DNA of 64,000 nt from Amoebophrya sp. A120 (GCA_905178155.1 CAJINV010000003.1:8476799-8540798); one strand, 5' to 3'. Positions 23,401 to 37,041 are shown, numbered from the stretch's first letter. The notes: a model not told the origin generated them from the letters alone. Numbers and translations: made by a program.

Positions 23401-23786
23401 TTGAAGGTGCGCACCGTTCGCGCACTACGAGGTATCCGGTGAAAGAAGTCGAAGAACTTTTCGATCGTTGGATTATTCGCTTCACTCGATATGTTGACTG
23501 GAGCACGACCCGTGGCGCTGTCTTTTCGCACAACAATGCTCGTCTCGCCTTCAGGGTCAGTCCAGTTCCAGTCTCCTAGCGCACGCCGCGCGTCGTGCTC
23601 ACGGTCACGACCTGCACCCTCTCGGTCCTCTCGTCGTCCAGGAGCAACACCGAGGACGCCGAAAGATCGTTCGGCTTGCATGGAAATCGTTGGTATCTTG
23701 GCCGCTGCACTGCGGAAGCCAGCACCAGTCCTTGTTCGCGTCAATGTTGCAGCTGCCCCTCCGGCGGCAGCAGAGAGTGCGACCAA
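20464..23786 (-). CDS. Pentatricopeptide-repeat-like protein, multi-exon (span approximate)
   Basis: PPR-like motifs RTVRTFNIALAAI...AAEQLYADLLAGGARP, PDDTTWNTLLACCR and PSAITLAGILRACR; exons join in frame across IR elements. Confidence 0.6.
20616..20948. mobile_element. Long-IR introner (second family; intron)
   Basis: ~60-bp imperfect IRs (~20620-20678 vs ~20887-20945) and a perfect GGTGC duplication (20611-15, 20949-53). Removing 338 nt joins ...LTST to DVLRKW in frame. Confidence 0.85.
21955..22314. mobile_element. IR introner copy c (intron)
   Basis: TACCGAATGCAAATATGTCTGGGTCT ... AGACCACGACATATTCGCA...ATA; flanks TAATC/TCATC. Removing 365 nt joins QQRM to TRRRNARQAALQFF in frame. The interior resembles copy a. 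Confidence 0.75.
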
Positions 23787-26700
23787 CGCAGCGTGGAAAG
23801 CCGGTAGAACATCTACGTCCGTGCGTATGGCTGGGGAGAGCCTCTCGCTCTACTCGACCTAGACGTTCTCTGGTTGTGTCTCTTGCTTAGGAATAGCAAC
23901 TGCACACATTGTCGAAATCTTAATCAAAGGGTATAAATGTCGTAAATAAACACATGCACTTGAAATTGAATGCAGTTCCTTCACTTTATTACCACTAACT
24001 TCCACATCCACGGGCGGCGGGGAAAAAACTGCGAATGCCAACCCAAAAGGAAGCGAAGGAAATCATATATAACTCAGAAAGAACGAGGCAAGTAGAGTGC
24101 TCTAGCGGCTCGCCCGAATCATACCATCCCCTACACAACGCGCAGTTCCTCGCTGACGTGGTCTTCCTCGTCCTTTCCTTTGCCTTGTGACATAGCATCC
24201 ACCTCCACTTTTTCGATCTGATGAGTGTGAGTCCTCGTCCTCCTTCGACCGTGTAATGCTAATGGTAGTTCTTTGCCTCTCGTCCACCTGCATCACACGG
24301 GCGGCGCGCTTTTGATTTTGTTCGGTGTCAGAGCGTCGATGTCCGCCATCGCCACCAGCTTCGTTCCTCAACAGCAGGGATGACAAGGGTGACGATCACT
24401 ATCCTTCAGAAACGTACACCGTGCAATTTTCCGCGGCGCGAGCGCAAAATTGTTAAGTGTGGGTGTGGCCCGTCTTCTCCTGCATGCTGTCCGTTCAGCA
24501 TGACAATTTCTTGGGGCAGATATTGCCTGGCTCGCGTTACAATGTTCCCCATCTAGCTGCTGCTGCATGTCAGATAAGCTATCATTATTTGCGACCACCA
24601 CCAGCACCACCACGTCGCGCGGCTCGACTTTGACGGTATAATCAAAATTCTTAGCCGCGCAAGAAAAAGTGCAACACAAATGCAGGCCTGCTGTAGAAGT
24701 TGTATTGGTGTACTTTTCTGCTTGATAGCCACAATTGTTCGGCCAAACGTAAAATCTGCTTTCCTACCTCATCAGAGTCGGCTGATGCCACGTGGTGTCA
24801 GTATTAGAATGTAGAAGCGCTGGCATGATGCCGCATCATTCAAGCCAAGGTCGCGATCGTCATGACCCTGAGGACAAACACGTAGTACCACTACGAACAA
24901 ATTATAGCTGGTGATCATCATGTTCATGTGCAATGCAAATGTTTTCAGGGCGAGGAGCCGCTAGCCGTGAAACGGAATTGGTCGTGAAGGAGCGGCCTCC
25001 ATCACTTTTCCGAACGTGAAGGTAACAAATTCATCTTCAGAGGAGACGTGGTGAGACGTATCTGCAGCTGAAGGCTTTATCATAGCTGCGCTGTCCCCCA
25101 TGCATACATAGCACGCCTAATGTGAGCACGAAGATTTTTGAAAGATGCGAGAAGCAAAGGCTACGTCAGCGCTGATCAGCATAATGAAGCGCACCAAACA
25201 AAGTCACCCAAGGCCAGGGCGACACATCTGACCTTGCCAGGGAGTCTGTTGCGTGGGCGGAGTTCGAGTTACCACGTCCCGATGCAATGCCTGTTACACA
25301 AGGGGCGCTGCCAAATAGCGTGTCCGTGTCCGTCCCGATATCTGGTGGTCCTGGCTGCTCCACGTCGCACCTTGTTCCTCCAGTAGCGATAGCGTCGAGT
25401 TCGCGGGCACATATCTGCACCGATTTCACTACTTCCAGCGGAGCGTAACAGGCCGGCTTTCGCACCACGCGACGGTGACTTTTCATGTGTGCTGGTGTAG
25501 AGATAGCTGACGAAGCGCCACATTTATTCATGGCTGATCCTGATCTCCAAACTCGATCATGAGAAGAAGTTGCACCAGGGGCTGCAGCACATTGACCATC
25601 ACCTTGCGCTTCAACTTTTTCTTCATGAGTAGCAAGGTGATTTTTTGGTAAAGCGAACGCGGGAGTGTCGTCCGTCGTGGCAGTGTGTTCAGGCCTCCTG
25701 GCTTTTGTAGGAGATGCTGGTCGTGGCCCCGTCTGGCCATCTGACTGGTAGCTGCAGCCAGAAAAAAATGAAGACATCGCAGACGAAACGCTGGGGCAGC
25801 TGCTGTTGTCGGCATGCGGTGGCTTGCTTGCGGAGGCTCGGTTGCCGGCGTGACCTGTAACATTGCAGCAGACTGTTTCCTTTTTGATTTTGCTCCGGCC
25901 ATAACTCATGATGCAACGGCGCAGGATGATGGCTGCGTTGCTTTTGATGCCCACGCACAGTTCGTGCTGACGCAAGTAGCCCGAGATGAATTGCTCCCCG
26001 CGACGATGGACAACGTAAGAACCTCCTCCAGCGGCAACTATATGGCCTGCTCAGGTGGAACGACGAGCCTGAACCTCACGGAAGGAACATGTATGAAGTG
26101 ATCACTACAGACTTCAAATCTGGTTCTTTGCATACATGGCAAGAAAAGCACAGGCTACCACTCCGTCGGTTGCGGTGCAGCATTGCGCGACAGACTTTCG
26201 ACGGATTTCAATGTGGGTTCATCTATCTTGGACGGCCAGAAGTTTGCCATGCTAGGCACGGACGTGTTGACTGGGCAGATACAGATCACTTTCCGCATGC
26301 TGGACCAACAGGAATTCATTGTTCCAGTCGACGCGATTGTTCCACTTCCATGTCCATCTGAGCACGCCATAAAGTCCTCCATTCTTGACACCTTCGCCGA
26401 TACAGCTTGCACGACCGCGACGTGAGGACCTGCTCGCAAATTCTCGTACGATCATAGCGATCAACCTCGTGCGGTTCCACGACGTGCTCCTGTTCCAAGG
26501 ATCCGAGCGTCACATACCTAATACTTAGTTGTCCTATCAAAAAATGCAATGTAATTACAACGGAATAAGTGTAGGCACACGCGCTTGCGTAGTTAGAGAA
26601 GGCGACGCGAGAACGCGTGAAACAATCATCAATGATTGTCCTACTTGTCGCATGTACGACATCTTCAACATCACATACACAGGTGCAACGGAGGCGGTAG

Positions 26701-27695
26701 AATTCATTCGAAAGAATTGCCAGATCATGGAGCAGCCTGCCTCTTGGGCTAGATAACATGTGTTCTCCACCCTTGGCCTTGACATTGCTACTGCTAATTC
26801 ACCTTTCCAATCCAATTTGGCAAAGCTGCCAGACGGAAGGTAATAGATCGAAGAACCAAAAAACTCCCATCAAGTCAATCGATGGTGTGCCTAAAGGCGA
26901 CTGGCAATCACCATCATCATCATCCTCGGATCTGCCGACGCACATAAAATCAAACAGGAGTAACTTAACAGGAGCCGAGAAAAAAAAGGAGAACCAAATG
27001 CGTATCGATCGACATCGAAGTGGAAGTGCGCAAATAATATCAAATAGTGGCTTCACATTTTGTTAGGCCGATCACTGCAATTACGAGCAGATCTTTTTCG
27101 AGATCCGTCGAAGGAGTAGACGTAGAGATCTTGTCTTTGCTTGTAAATCAGACACACATTTATCAGGGCCACGAGCATCGAGCAGGACAGTAGAAGCACC
27201 TAGTTCGCGGCATACAAGAAGACCAACGAACATGAGGAAGAGCATGCAGCTGCAGGCAGATCGCGCCAGATACTGTTCAAGTAGGAAAAGTTAAAGTTCA
27301 TCATACGAGGACGACGTGGGACGCACTTTCGAACCAACACAGTGAAAGGGCCTTTGGACGTTTTTTTTTTTGATTGTGCCTCGATGCAGTGCTATTTCTA
27401 TAAATGCAAGATGAGCAAAACCAAATAGAGTGCTGAGCGACCATCTTTATATTCTCAATTTTCATCTCTACTTTGCAAAAAAAAAGAAGTCAATTTCTTT
27501 TTCATATAGACAAGAAGTCTATCACTATCACCAGAAGATGTGTGTCTGCTCTTCAACCAAAATCCACAGCCACAGCTTTTGACACTTGGCTATGGCGTTC
27601 TCAAGCGTTACAACACTCGGATCTGTTCATAAGTATGATTTTTTAGTGATACGAGAATGGCAAGAAAAGAGGGGAGCGCCCGCGTCGTGCATATA

Positions 27696-28701
27696 CTACA
27701 GATTTGGTGCGGTTCCAAAGCTATTTAGTGCGTCGATAAGTTGCCATCGCGACAAATCTTGATCGCGTGAAGCGTGATAGTAATTCTGCATGACAAATCG
27801 CTTGAGCATGTAACGTCTGAGAATCCACCCATATTGGCGCACCAGCGACCAGTAACGTGAGGCGCGACGAAGAAAAGCGCGAACCCGGGGACGAATCCGT
27901 AAGGTGCGGCGAACTTGGGCCGCGGGTATGACAAAGGGAAGCAGGCCATGCTGGGCATCCAGAATTTCGTAGCCAATAAGCACTCGGGTGGCGGTATCAA
28001 ACGCATATTTGTCTGGGTCGTCTGGAAGGATGCAGATTTTTTCCATGCCTATTTATCTTTCGTGGCCCAGAAACAGAAGGTCTCGTCTGGCATGCAATTT
28101 CTAGCATTACAGTTTTTGAGAGGGCCCGTCGATGCCTAACCCGCATGGAAAATCGCCTGTTTTGTCGGTGACATCAACGAGCAACTTTTTCTGTCCTCTG
28201 TGCATGTTGGCAGATTTTTGTGTGTTGTGAAATGCGCATCACAAGTGCCACCTTACTTTCCTGAACCAGACATATTTGCAATGAATAGGCTGGTGCTGGC
28301 TGCTTGGTCGTGGCCTTTTCGCCACTATGAAAGTAGAGGATTTTTCGCGCTATCGTGCGTGACGCAGAGGCTGCCGCTGCTGGCAGCGAAGCTCCGACGC
28401 GGTGGGGCGCAGGCAACATAGGTAGGGTGGCGATGTCGTCGGTATCATAAACTTCGGCCACCACCACGCCGTACAGGAGTATAGCAGTTGTAACAGGTGG
28501 GAAGTTCTCAGAGGAAAAAACAGGAGCGATCGACCTCGTTCTGCACTTCTTCTTCTGAAAAATGCGCATGTTCGTGCACAAAGAAGAAGCAACTCTCTTA
28601 GAAGGTGGAAGCCGCATTTTTAGCTTCGGCAGCAGCACGAGAGATAGCGATAAAAAAAAGTGCGAAATGCAAACCAATAGTAATGATCGTGACAGCTCCA
28701 C
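27696..28701 (-). CDS. Hypothetical protein exons (frame uncertain)
   Basis: ORFs 28174-28701 and 27696-28046 join in frame when the IR element plus one flank is removed. Confidence 0.35.
27995..28287. mobile_element. IR introner copy d
   Basis: TATCAAACGCATATTTGTCTGGGTC ... GAACCAGACATATTTGCAATGAATA; flanks GGCGG/GGCTG. Confidence 0.8.
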
Positions 28702-29143
28702 CTGGTCCTGGAAGCTTCAAAACCTTCTCTGCGGTTCGTTTTCTACTTCACGTCGCTTGTCAAGCCTCTACCATGTCTGTGTATGCACTTGAAAAGATGA
28801 CCTCTGAACAACCTGAAGAAGAACAAGGAGCGTTCGCCTTTAACTAAATATAGACTACTACACGACCTACAAAGGAAAATAAAGCAATTCTTTTGCGAGG
28901 GTTCGAGGGTGCTAGCTTTTCCCATTCATTTCGTGAGTTCGTATTTGTCTTTTCTGTCGCTACAGAAGCTAGTACTTCCACCTGAAAACTTCCCACCAAG
29001 CCCTGGCGTAGGGGATTTTCGTCCCCGCATGCTGCCTCCTGCACCGGCTGCCGCGAAACCATATTCGTCGGACAGCAGCATTGGTTGACCAGGACGTAGC
29101 CGAACGCGCACCCAGTCTCCTACTTTCGGCTTCAAACGAGGCG

Positions 29144-30037
29144 TCACAGTCCTCTTCTGAAACCGCCGAGACGATAGCGGTAGAGCCGTTCGCGCGAAGC
29201 ACCTTCGCGGTTGAAGGGATCCGTCTCGTCCTCGGTGATTTCCGGGGCCATCTGCTGGTTAATCAGCTTGAGCCGCTTTTTCTTCTCCGAACTCGTTTTC
29301 GGGGGCTCGATCGGGTAGTTGTAGTTTTGGCTCGGGAAGTTCATGTTGTAGTTGAAGGTGAGCGCGATACCCGTTTCGGGATCTGCGAACTTGTTCAGCC
29401 ACTTGTTGGACGTGTGCTTCGTGAGCGGCTCGAGCATCAAGCTGCTTGGGCGCGGCGTGCTGTTGCCCAGACCAACGGCGCGGGACTTGTAGTTCTCCTT
29501 GCTGTTGTTACTGTTGCTCGTGTTACTATTGCTGGTCGACGGGGAGTCGCTGTTGTTGCCGCTGCCGGAGGAGTCGACCCCCGTGGTGGTTTCCTCCGCG
29601 CCCGGCCTGCGCAGCCACCAGTCGTCTTCCAGTTTGCCCAGCGCCTTCAGCAACAAGTCGTCGGTCACGGAGAGGCGCGCCTGCGGACGGGGAGTCTGCG
29701 GGCCAAACTGCAGCCCCTCACTCTTGTAACTCCGCTCGGACCGGCCGCTTGGCGTCTCAGCGCCACGACCAAAGGACGACGTTTTCGGGCCCAGAACCAA
29801 CTGTCCGGTAGCTTTATTGCCCGGGAGGTCCGCAGTAGAGGACGGCGTCGCAGCGTTCAAGCCGAGGGCTGCGCCAATCGGCGATGACATTTCCGCGATC
29901 AAGGCACGCAGCTTCGCCTTTTCGGCAGCTTCGCGCTCGCTCCGTAGCTTCATTATTTCCGCCTCTGCGCCTCTTCGACCAGGACGTAGCCGAACGCGCA
30001 CCCAGTCTCCTACTTTCGGCTTCAGGCGAGGCGTCAC
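29144..30037 (-). CDS. ORF fragment bracketed by the 62-bp repeats, possibly a gag-like N-terminal piece
   Basis: 297 codons open from one repeat to the other; short coiled coil plus S/N-rich tract; its start and stop codons fall at the repeat ends. Confidence 0.4.
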   Translation of the reverse strand: MTPRLKPKVGDWVRVRLRPGRRGAEAEIMKLRSEREAAEKAKLRALIAEMSSPIGAALGLNAATPSSTADLPGNKATGQLVLGPKTSSFGRGAETPSGRSERSYKSEGLQFGPQTPRPQARLSVTDDLLLKALGKLEDDWWLRRPGAEETTTGVDSSGSGNNSDSPSTSNSNTSNSNNSKENYKSRAVGLGNSTPRPSSLMLEPLTKHTSNKWLNKFADPETGIALTFNYNMNFPSQNYNYPIEPPKTSSEKKKRLKLINQQMAPEITEDETDPFNREGASRERLYRYRLGGFRRGL

Positions 30038-30300
30038 ATTAACGTCATACCGTGCGGGTTGTGATTTGAATTGTGACGTATTTGGGACGAATTTGGGACG
30101 GACGGAGTTTTGAAATTCTGGACGGGTCTCGTTTGCCTCCAGTAGAACCTAGGACCTAGCTACGAGGGGGCGCCAAGATAGATTGACTACAGGTTGTGTG
30201 TGTGCGTTTTTTACCTTGTAGTGCTGTGAGAAAATTGAAAATGAAGAAACTTTTTTTTAAATATGATTATTTCACATACCGCTACCCGCCACCTGGCATC

Positions 30301-30347
30301 CTGGATGTAAATCGGTCCCTTCGTACTGGATGTAAATCGGTCCCTTC
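30301..30347. repeat. Short tandem duplication
   Basis: CTGGATGTAAATCGGTCCCTTC twice, 25-bp period. Confidence 0.9.
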
Positions 30348-31003
30348 AGCCCGGCAAGAGGAGCAACACCAGCGGAGTTCGCGTTGCAATCCTCGATGGC
30401 AAGGCGTCGCGGCTGTTCATCCGGGCAGCGGCTGCGTCCCGTCCAACAATACACTTTCCGACTTCGCGCCGCGTCCTTCTCCGAAGAGCAGGAGGTGGGG
30501 GTCCGGGGCTTTCCGCTGGCCCCGAGAGAATCAAGTATTCAGGACGTGAAACATGTAGGAACCGATCAAAGGCCAATGCTTGCACTGCGATGGAATTTTC
30601 GTCCCTATAGAGTCTCGATTGCGTTCGTGAGTCGGGTGTCGCGCCTAGTTCTTGCAGGTTCCTGTGATGCACTATCAGCCCAATTTCAGAAAGTCTTTTG
30701 TTTTGTCTTGCATTCCCACCGATTGAGATGGGAGATATTAAAGAAGATGCACACCTACCACATAACATGATCTGCCCGGCCTGTTTATGTTTAGGCTCGT
30801 CATGACAAAAAACATCGCTGAGCGAAGCGCAGTGCAAACGGCTTGGCCTTTGCACCGTCTCCCTACATTCATTTTCCATTCCATAAGGTTGATCCATGAC
30901 GGTGGCACCAGCTGCTTCTCCACACAGACGCACGCGGTGCACATCAGCCATCACGTATCGGAGTCGCTCGGGCCGATCATGCGTTCCCTCAAAGCTACAG
31001 CTC

Positions 31004-31268
31004 TATCTATGCGTTGCAAATGTGTCTGGGTCTAATGTTGGAGCTTGTAAATATGGCATTACATTTGGCTTCATTCTATGAAATCTGCACTGCATGACCA
31101 ACGAAAGTCATAGCCTCTCCTGTCATACAAAAACGCAGTTTGTCATGCGGAACGCGTGTGAGAAATCATTTTGCAGAATTGTCATGCTTTCCTGCATGCG
31201 GAAGCGCTTTTTTTCTTTTCAACATGCAAGTTATAAATTTTCAGACCCAGACACATTTGCATTGGATA
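31004..31268. mobile_element. IR introner copy e
   Basis: Perfect 19-bp IR TGCAAATGTGTCTGGGTCT / AGACCCAGACACATTTGCA, TATC...GATA ends and a perfect AGCTC duplication. Removing 270 nt joins minus-strand VIDAS to CSFEGTHDRPERLRYV. Confidence 0.9.
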
Positions 31269-33916
31269 AGCTCGCATCGATGACAACATCGACAGCGAAC
31301 AGCTTGCGCGGAACAGGGGGGCGCGCAGATTTCCAATCTAAAAACAGGCCTTGCGTCGCGGCGTGATTTTTTTTCATTCCCACTTCCACACAAAAAGAAG
31401 TTCTATCATTCGAAGAAAAGTTTGCACGTATACCGGCCACATTGAGGCGCGGTTTTTCTGTGCAAGTGCTAATTTCTAATTAGGAGTACTAGCGGCGCAC
31501 TGTGAGTGTTTACTCTGTAGAGGTGAAAACGCATACTAGGTATCCGCACCCACTCGAGCGAACTCCTGCTTCAACAAATATGCTACCAGACAGCACGTTC
31601 CACGTGGTGCGGCCCGCTGAGTACAGTTACCGTCCTTGGTGGGTGGACAAAAACTATTATCCGACTGCTTGCTTCCGACTCCGAGCTATTTTCGGAGTGT
31701 GTCTTCTGCGAACGAGGACGAAACAAGTGCCGCGCTATGTACTGAGAAGCTACTTAGAGGGTAAATAAATTCACTGTAGCTAAGCCGCCCGGTCGCAGTC
31801 GTGCGTCGTCGTGCATTGCTTGTTGCAAATCTATGCTTCTACTCCATGCGACAGCGTTCGCCTTTCCTGATAGCGACTGCCTTTTGATGCAAGTGCAGCC
31901 TAATCCTTAGAAGCAAAACTATGACAGGGTCCGCGCGTGTCTACCAGTCTGAAACGCGAAAAGAAAGCTGCAGCCCGCTAGTACGCTTTCACCTTGTAAA
32001 TTTACGCAGTAGCGGGATCGTTTTCTTTTGCTAAGAATCCACCATGCTAGCAGCAGGACTCCCTGTACTGATAAAGCAGAGCCCAACAGGCAATGGATTT
32101 GAAAAAGATGGGGAGAACGCTTCATGGCAAGAGGCACCCTCCCCCATCATAAAGTTGGGAGATGGAGTTGGGCGCGACAGAAGAATTGTCGGCCCTAACA
32201 CCGTTCAAGTTCATTGCTAGGAAAATGAACAGTCTCCTACTTTCGGCTTCAAACGAGGCGTCACAATCATGAGAGCTGCGAGGACCTGTGGAAAAAATCG
32301 AGATATTATTTCCACGCAAAAGCGATAGCGAACAACTTGGATGCATTGATTACGCAGTTCACTCTTGAGGACTTCAACGCCACACTTCACAACAAGGATT
32401 TTTGCTCATTTCATCTATTATTGCCACGCAACGAGTTTCAAAGATAACGAATTAAAAGCCGGAACGACGGTAAAGCGACGGTAAACACTTTCAGTATTGT
32501 GGCTCGTCTCCCGTCATGTCACAAAACGTATTTTTGATGTGTTCACATGTAGACGCGGATCTGCCGATAGCACAGTGGGACTAGGAACAATGACAAAACA
32601 AGTATCGCTCTGGGGAAAAGAACTACAAAGACGTAACTCTGTTGAGTGTGGTGTTGAGAATAAATGACTGCTGAAATATAGGCTCCCTGGTAGTTGAGGT
32701 CCTGGGGTAGAAAAGAGGCACAGTATGTTTTGAGTATCCATGAGAGAACAAGTGTGGGACATAAGTGATAGAAAGCTAAAGTTGAACAAACAGGAGCGCA
32801 TTCTACTCAAAGTGTCTGTCGTATAAGCTGAGTGTGTAGGATTTGAAGTCGCGAAGCAGAAACGACTCACGCACGCATGGTGGCGGGAGCAGTGTGTGTA
32901 TTCATCATCATCTCAAAATCGCTTTTAGTGAGCTACTTCAACAACCAATCGTCACAATCGTGGAAAACCAATTATCAAAAAACTGCATTTTCATCCATTC
33001 TGTTCGCCCAAAAACAAAATAGGATGTCGCATGCCAGTCAGAGGTCGTGAGTATTAGTACCAAGTAAAGTAGATGAATGAAATACGTAGTAGTAACTGGA
33101 AGGCTCGTGAAAAGCACGAAGAAAAAAATGCACAGAAGAACCTCAAAAAAATCGGTAACAGAGGAAAGTCCGTCGCATGTGGTCACCGTCGTGAGAACTC
33201 GAACGTGAATACAACCTACCGTGGAGAAGTCACTGTCAGTATGCAACTGGAGTCAAAGTGGAACCACTTGCATGTGCAGAAGCAAAACAGTACGAACATA
33301 ATAACATCTTCCAACCCTCTGCTTGTAACTCTTCGTGTTTTCACCGCAATTCGTCATTTTTACAACTGAAAACAGGAACCACAGCGCGGCCAAAGAAGTA
33401 CGATCGCTTCTTTCTCCCAGAAGCTTCACATTGGTAGTCTTGATCTCTCGATTTTCAACCACTGAGAATTGGGTGTGAAGACTACCAAGAACTAGCCCGG
33501 TAATATAATTTTCAGCAAAAGTACAACATTTCCGTAGATTCATTGTCCTATATTGAAGTACTAATTTTTCTACGGTTAAAGTAGTTTTGTGTGATAATTT
33601 TCGGCTAGTCTCAGTTGAATCAAGTACGAAGTGTTTGAGTTGTTTTTCTTGTTCTAGCAGACATTCAGGTGCATAACCTCTATACGACAAAACTATCCTA
33701 GATACGGTTTCAGTTTTTTAACTTTTCGCATAGTCTATTTACTCTATAGCACTAGCTTTATCGCTATTCCCATGTAAGATTTTATTCAGTTTTATTGATT
33801 CGATATTTTGCATAGGATTTAGTAGAATTCTGTGTAGATCTTTTATCTTTTGCGCATCAGAGATTTGCATAATTTAGGATTCAGAAAAATGAACGAAGTT
33901 TTTCCTACGTGTGGGA

Positions 33917-35475
33917 CAGTCTCCTACTTTCGGCTTCAAACGCGGCGTCACTTAACTCTAGACTGCGCGGGCTGTAATTCTAATTACAACCAATTTCAAA
34001 CCAATTTCAAAATTCCAGCATTTTCATGCTGTGGCAACCCCGCGGGCCTCCGCGGTGTGCGATTTTTCATTGCATACAGCCACACAAACTTGACTGCAAC
34101 GGGAATGCCAAAAGCCCGCCAAAGAGCTGGCGGGCCTAACAACGGGCCGCCCGCGGCCATGAATGTCGGGGCCCGCGCGTCTGGTGTGGCCTTTCCACAC
34201 GGAGCCCCACACCCGGAGCGGCGCCGGCCTTTGCAACATGTGACAGTACGCGATGGGCCCGAGCGATTTACACTGGCGGAGCAAACCTGCCGCACGCAGG
34301 GGCGCCACAATCAAATAATGGGCGCCGGGCGCCGGGCTGCCGCCCCGGTTTGGCAACCCCATACAGGCATAGACACTGCGCCATGGGCAGCGAGACACGG
34401 GGCGCCCACGCCCACCCCCGATCGGCACGGGCGATACGAATCGGGCAGGCGCGGCACCTCTCCCAAGAATACCGGCGCCGGCAGGTAGTGCCTGCGCCAA
34501 GGGCCCGGCGGCGCGGCTCGTTGGCAATCAGTGGGCTGCGGGGCTTCGCGGCAATCGGCATCGACACGGGCGAAGAGCTGCACGCCCCTGCCCGATGGAC
34601 CGCTTCGCACACCGGTACGCGAGGCCCCACCGAATTGCCGACGGCTGCCCTTCGGAAATTCCGAAGCCCATCAATGCCCTTCGCTGATTTCAAAACGCCA
34701 TCGGCCATCTCGCTCGCTTTCAAAATCCCATCAAGCCTCCTGCGCAATTTCAAAACGTCATCAGGCATTTTGGCCAATTTCAAAACGTCATCAAGCATTT
34801 TGGCCAATTTCAAAACGTCATCAAGCATTTTGGCCAATTTCAAAACGTCATCAAGCATTTTGGCCAATTTCCAAACGTCATCAAGCATTTTGGCCAATTT
34901 CAAAACGTCATCAAGACGATATTCAAAATGCCGTCAGAATTCCGTCAGATTCCGTCAGAATTCCGTCAGAACCAAGCTACCCATCGGGGAGCGGAATTCT
35001 GACAGAATTCTGATGGCGTTTTGAAATGCCTTGATGATATTATTTGGAATGTGCCCAAGCCCTATTTTTCTTTCTTTGCCCAGCGGGTGTCGCCGCCCGA
35101 TGGAGTTTACTGAACCAGGGGCCCACCCCCTCCGGCTTTCCTCCTTGTCCTGTCGGGCGTCGCAAATTTGCTCCGAAGAGCGGCCACGCGCTGCAGGAAG
35201 GATGCCGCATGCTCCAGGCGGCCCTTCGCCTTCACGGCGCGACGTTGACTACGTAGCGCAGAGCCGCGAGGGAGACTATCCCCGCCGCGGCCCCGTCTGC
35301 GTCCTCTTCCCGTCCGTCTCAGGTAGCCTCGCGACCTACGAGCAGGCGCGCGGACCACTGCAACACCAAGACGAGGAATTTTCCCCGGCAAGTCGCCCGC
35401 GCGCTGGTTCTTCAGAGCCCATGCCGAAGCCCGCTGCGCTTGTCTCCTACTTTCGGCTTCAAACGCGGCGTTACA
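33917..35475. mobile_element. Non-coding module A bounded by the 35-bp motif
   Basis: 30-bp tandem TGGCCAATTTCAAAACGTCATCAAGCATTT (~34681-34915), then central inverted repeat 34921-35027. Confidence 0.65.
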
Positions 35476-37041
35476 TATAGAGACGAAAAAGGTGGTCTTC
35501 AGCATTGTTCTTATCCCTAAAGAAATTCGCAGCATACCATCGGGATTTGCCCTTTTTTTTGCGCCAACGCAGGCGCTGCAGTTTTTATGGTCGCGTCTGC
35601 GTAGGAGTGCTGTTGCCTTCCCTGGCGGGTTTTTTCACGCGGCCCAGGCGTCTTTCTAGAGGAACCAACAGGCACGCCAGCACCCCGACGAGCCTAGACA
35701 TAGACTAAAGTGGCCCCCCATTGCGCAGGCCCACGGGCACTCACAGCACGCCCAACAGGCGCAGGCGGGCATCTTTTTCGCGGCCCCCGGCCCTACGTAC
35801 TCGCGACCCAAAAAAGGCCGCAAGCCGGCTCGTGCGGGCTTGGTACGCAGGCCCCTCGAGTCCTCTTGGAACTCTTCAAACGCGCCTCAATCTCTCACCC
35901 ACCGCCCCAATCACTCACCGCTGGCACCGCTTCCGCGATAATGGTGGACGCACTGGCAGAAGACCCTGAAAGCTTCCCGCCGGGTACTCGTTTAAACACT
36001 TCGGGAAGATAGATAAGAACACCTACTGCAACGACCTGGAATTAATGTTTTGGCATGCAGCAGACCCCACGAAACACAATTCGCCACGCCGCTAACGAGC
36101 CGACACGGAATGAAAGAGAAGGGCACTGAAAGACCCGTGGATATTGGCGCGCGCGGCAGCGCGCGCCAAAAAATGTACAACCTAGCCCAGAGACTCTGTT
36201 GTAATGTAGAAGATGGCATCAGATTGGACCCCAAATTGATCCAACCAATTTCAAACGGAATCCGAATTCCATCCGTTTTTCATCCGAATCCAATTCCATA
36301 TTAGGGAAATCGAATTCGGATGGAAATCGGATGGAATTCGGATGCAATTCGGATTCAGTTCGAAATTGGTGGGGCCCCTCCAGGAAGCAACGGATTTGGT
36401 TTGAAATTGAAAAGGAGGCCGCGGATTCAGTTTGAATTCGCGGATTCAGTTTGAATTCGCGGATTCGGTTTGAATTCGCGGATTCGCTTTGAAATTGAAT
36501 GCGGGGTCCGTCTCGTGCTACATGTCAGGGCGCATCGCCTTGACATGTGGCGAAAGCTGGAGCCAGCCGCCATCCCCTGAGAACCCCAAAGCGTTCTGCC
36601 CTCTGCCTCGGCACACAGTTGATGGTTGGGCCCCGCCCTCTGCAGCCCATGCCAATCTTAAGCATCGCAGCATGTCCAACCGCACAACGCCACTTGCCAC
36701 CAGCTCACAAAAAACGAACGGAACAACAAGGCCGTGGAAATGCAATTGCGGGCACACATTTCCCCCCCAGCCCCCCGCTCGCGCCCCGGGAGCCGCCGGG
36801 GACTTCGCGTCTCGTCACCGGTGCGTTCCATGGGAACATCTGGCCCGCCTAGGGGGCAAGGCGAGGCGGCGCACCAGTCAACGTGCCTGCAGCGTGCCAT
36901 CAACAGACGAAGCGGGCTCCTTTGACCCTCTGAAGCCGCCCGCTCCCGTGTTGCCGCCCGAGCCATTTTGGCCGGGTTGGTGTCATACCTGGGCGAGCTC
37001 CGAAAATGCAACTCCAACGTAGATCCCCTGTATCCCTCAGA
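35476..37041. mobile_element. Non-coding module D between motif copies
   Basis: Central inverted repeat ~36241-36372 (CATCCGAAT / ATTCGGATG); 19-bp tandem GCGGATTCAGTTTGAATTC x~4 (36421-36500). Confidence 0.55.

Noticed and set aside
24000-27100. Probable host exons
   Set aside because: Several plausible frames and no recognisable domain; no supportable call.
29977-30038. KPKVGDWVRVRL as an integrase GPY/F-region remnant
   Set aside because: Only ~12 residues with no other integrase sequence nearby; the hairpin explains the conservation equally well. Not fully excluded.
32266-33916. AT-rich degenerate coding-like segment
   Set aside because: Frequent stops and no identifiable family; noted only as a segment of the motif array.
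34268-35024. Repeat proteins LKLAKMLDDV / ANFKTSSSIL
   Set aside because: The 30-bp DNA tandem is open in several frames on both strands; sibling modules use other periods, including 19 bp.
36958-36972. Relic dinoflagellate spliced leader (CCG-AGCCATTTTGGC); also CATTTTGGC..TCAAG in the module A repeat
   Set aside because: Lacks the contiguous TCAAG 3' end and is not upstream of a credible gene; may be chance.
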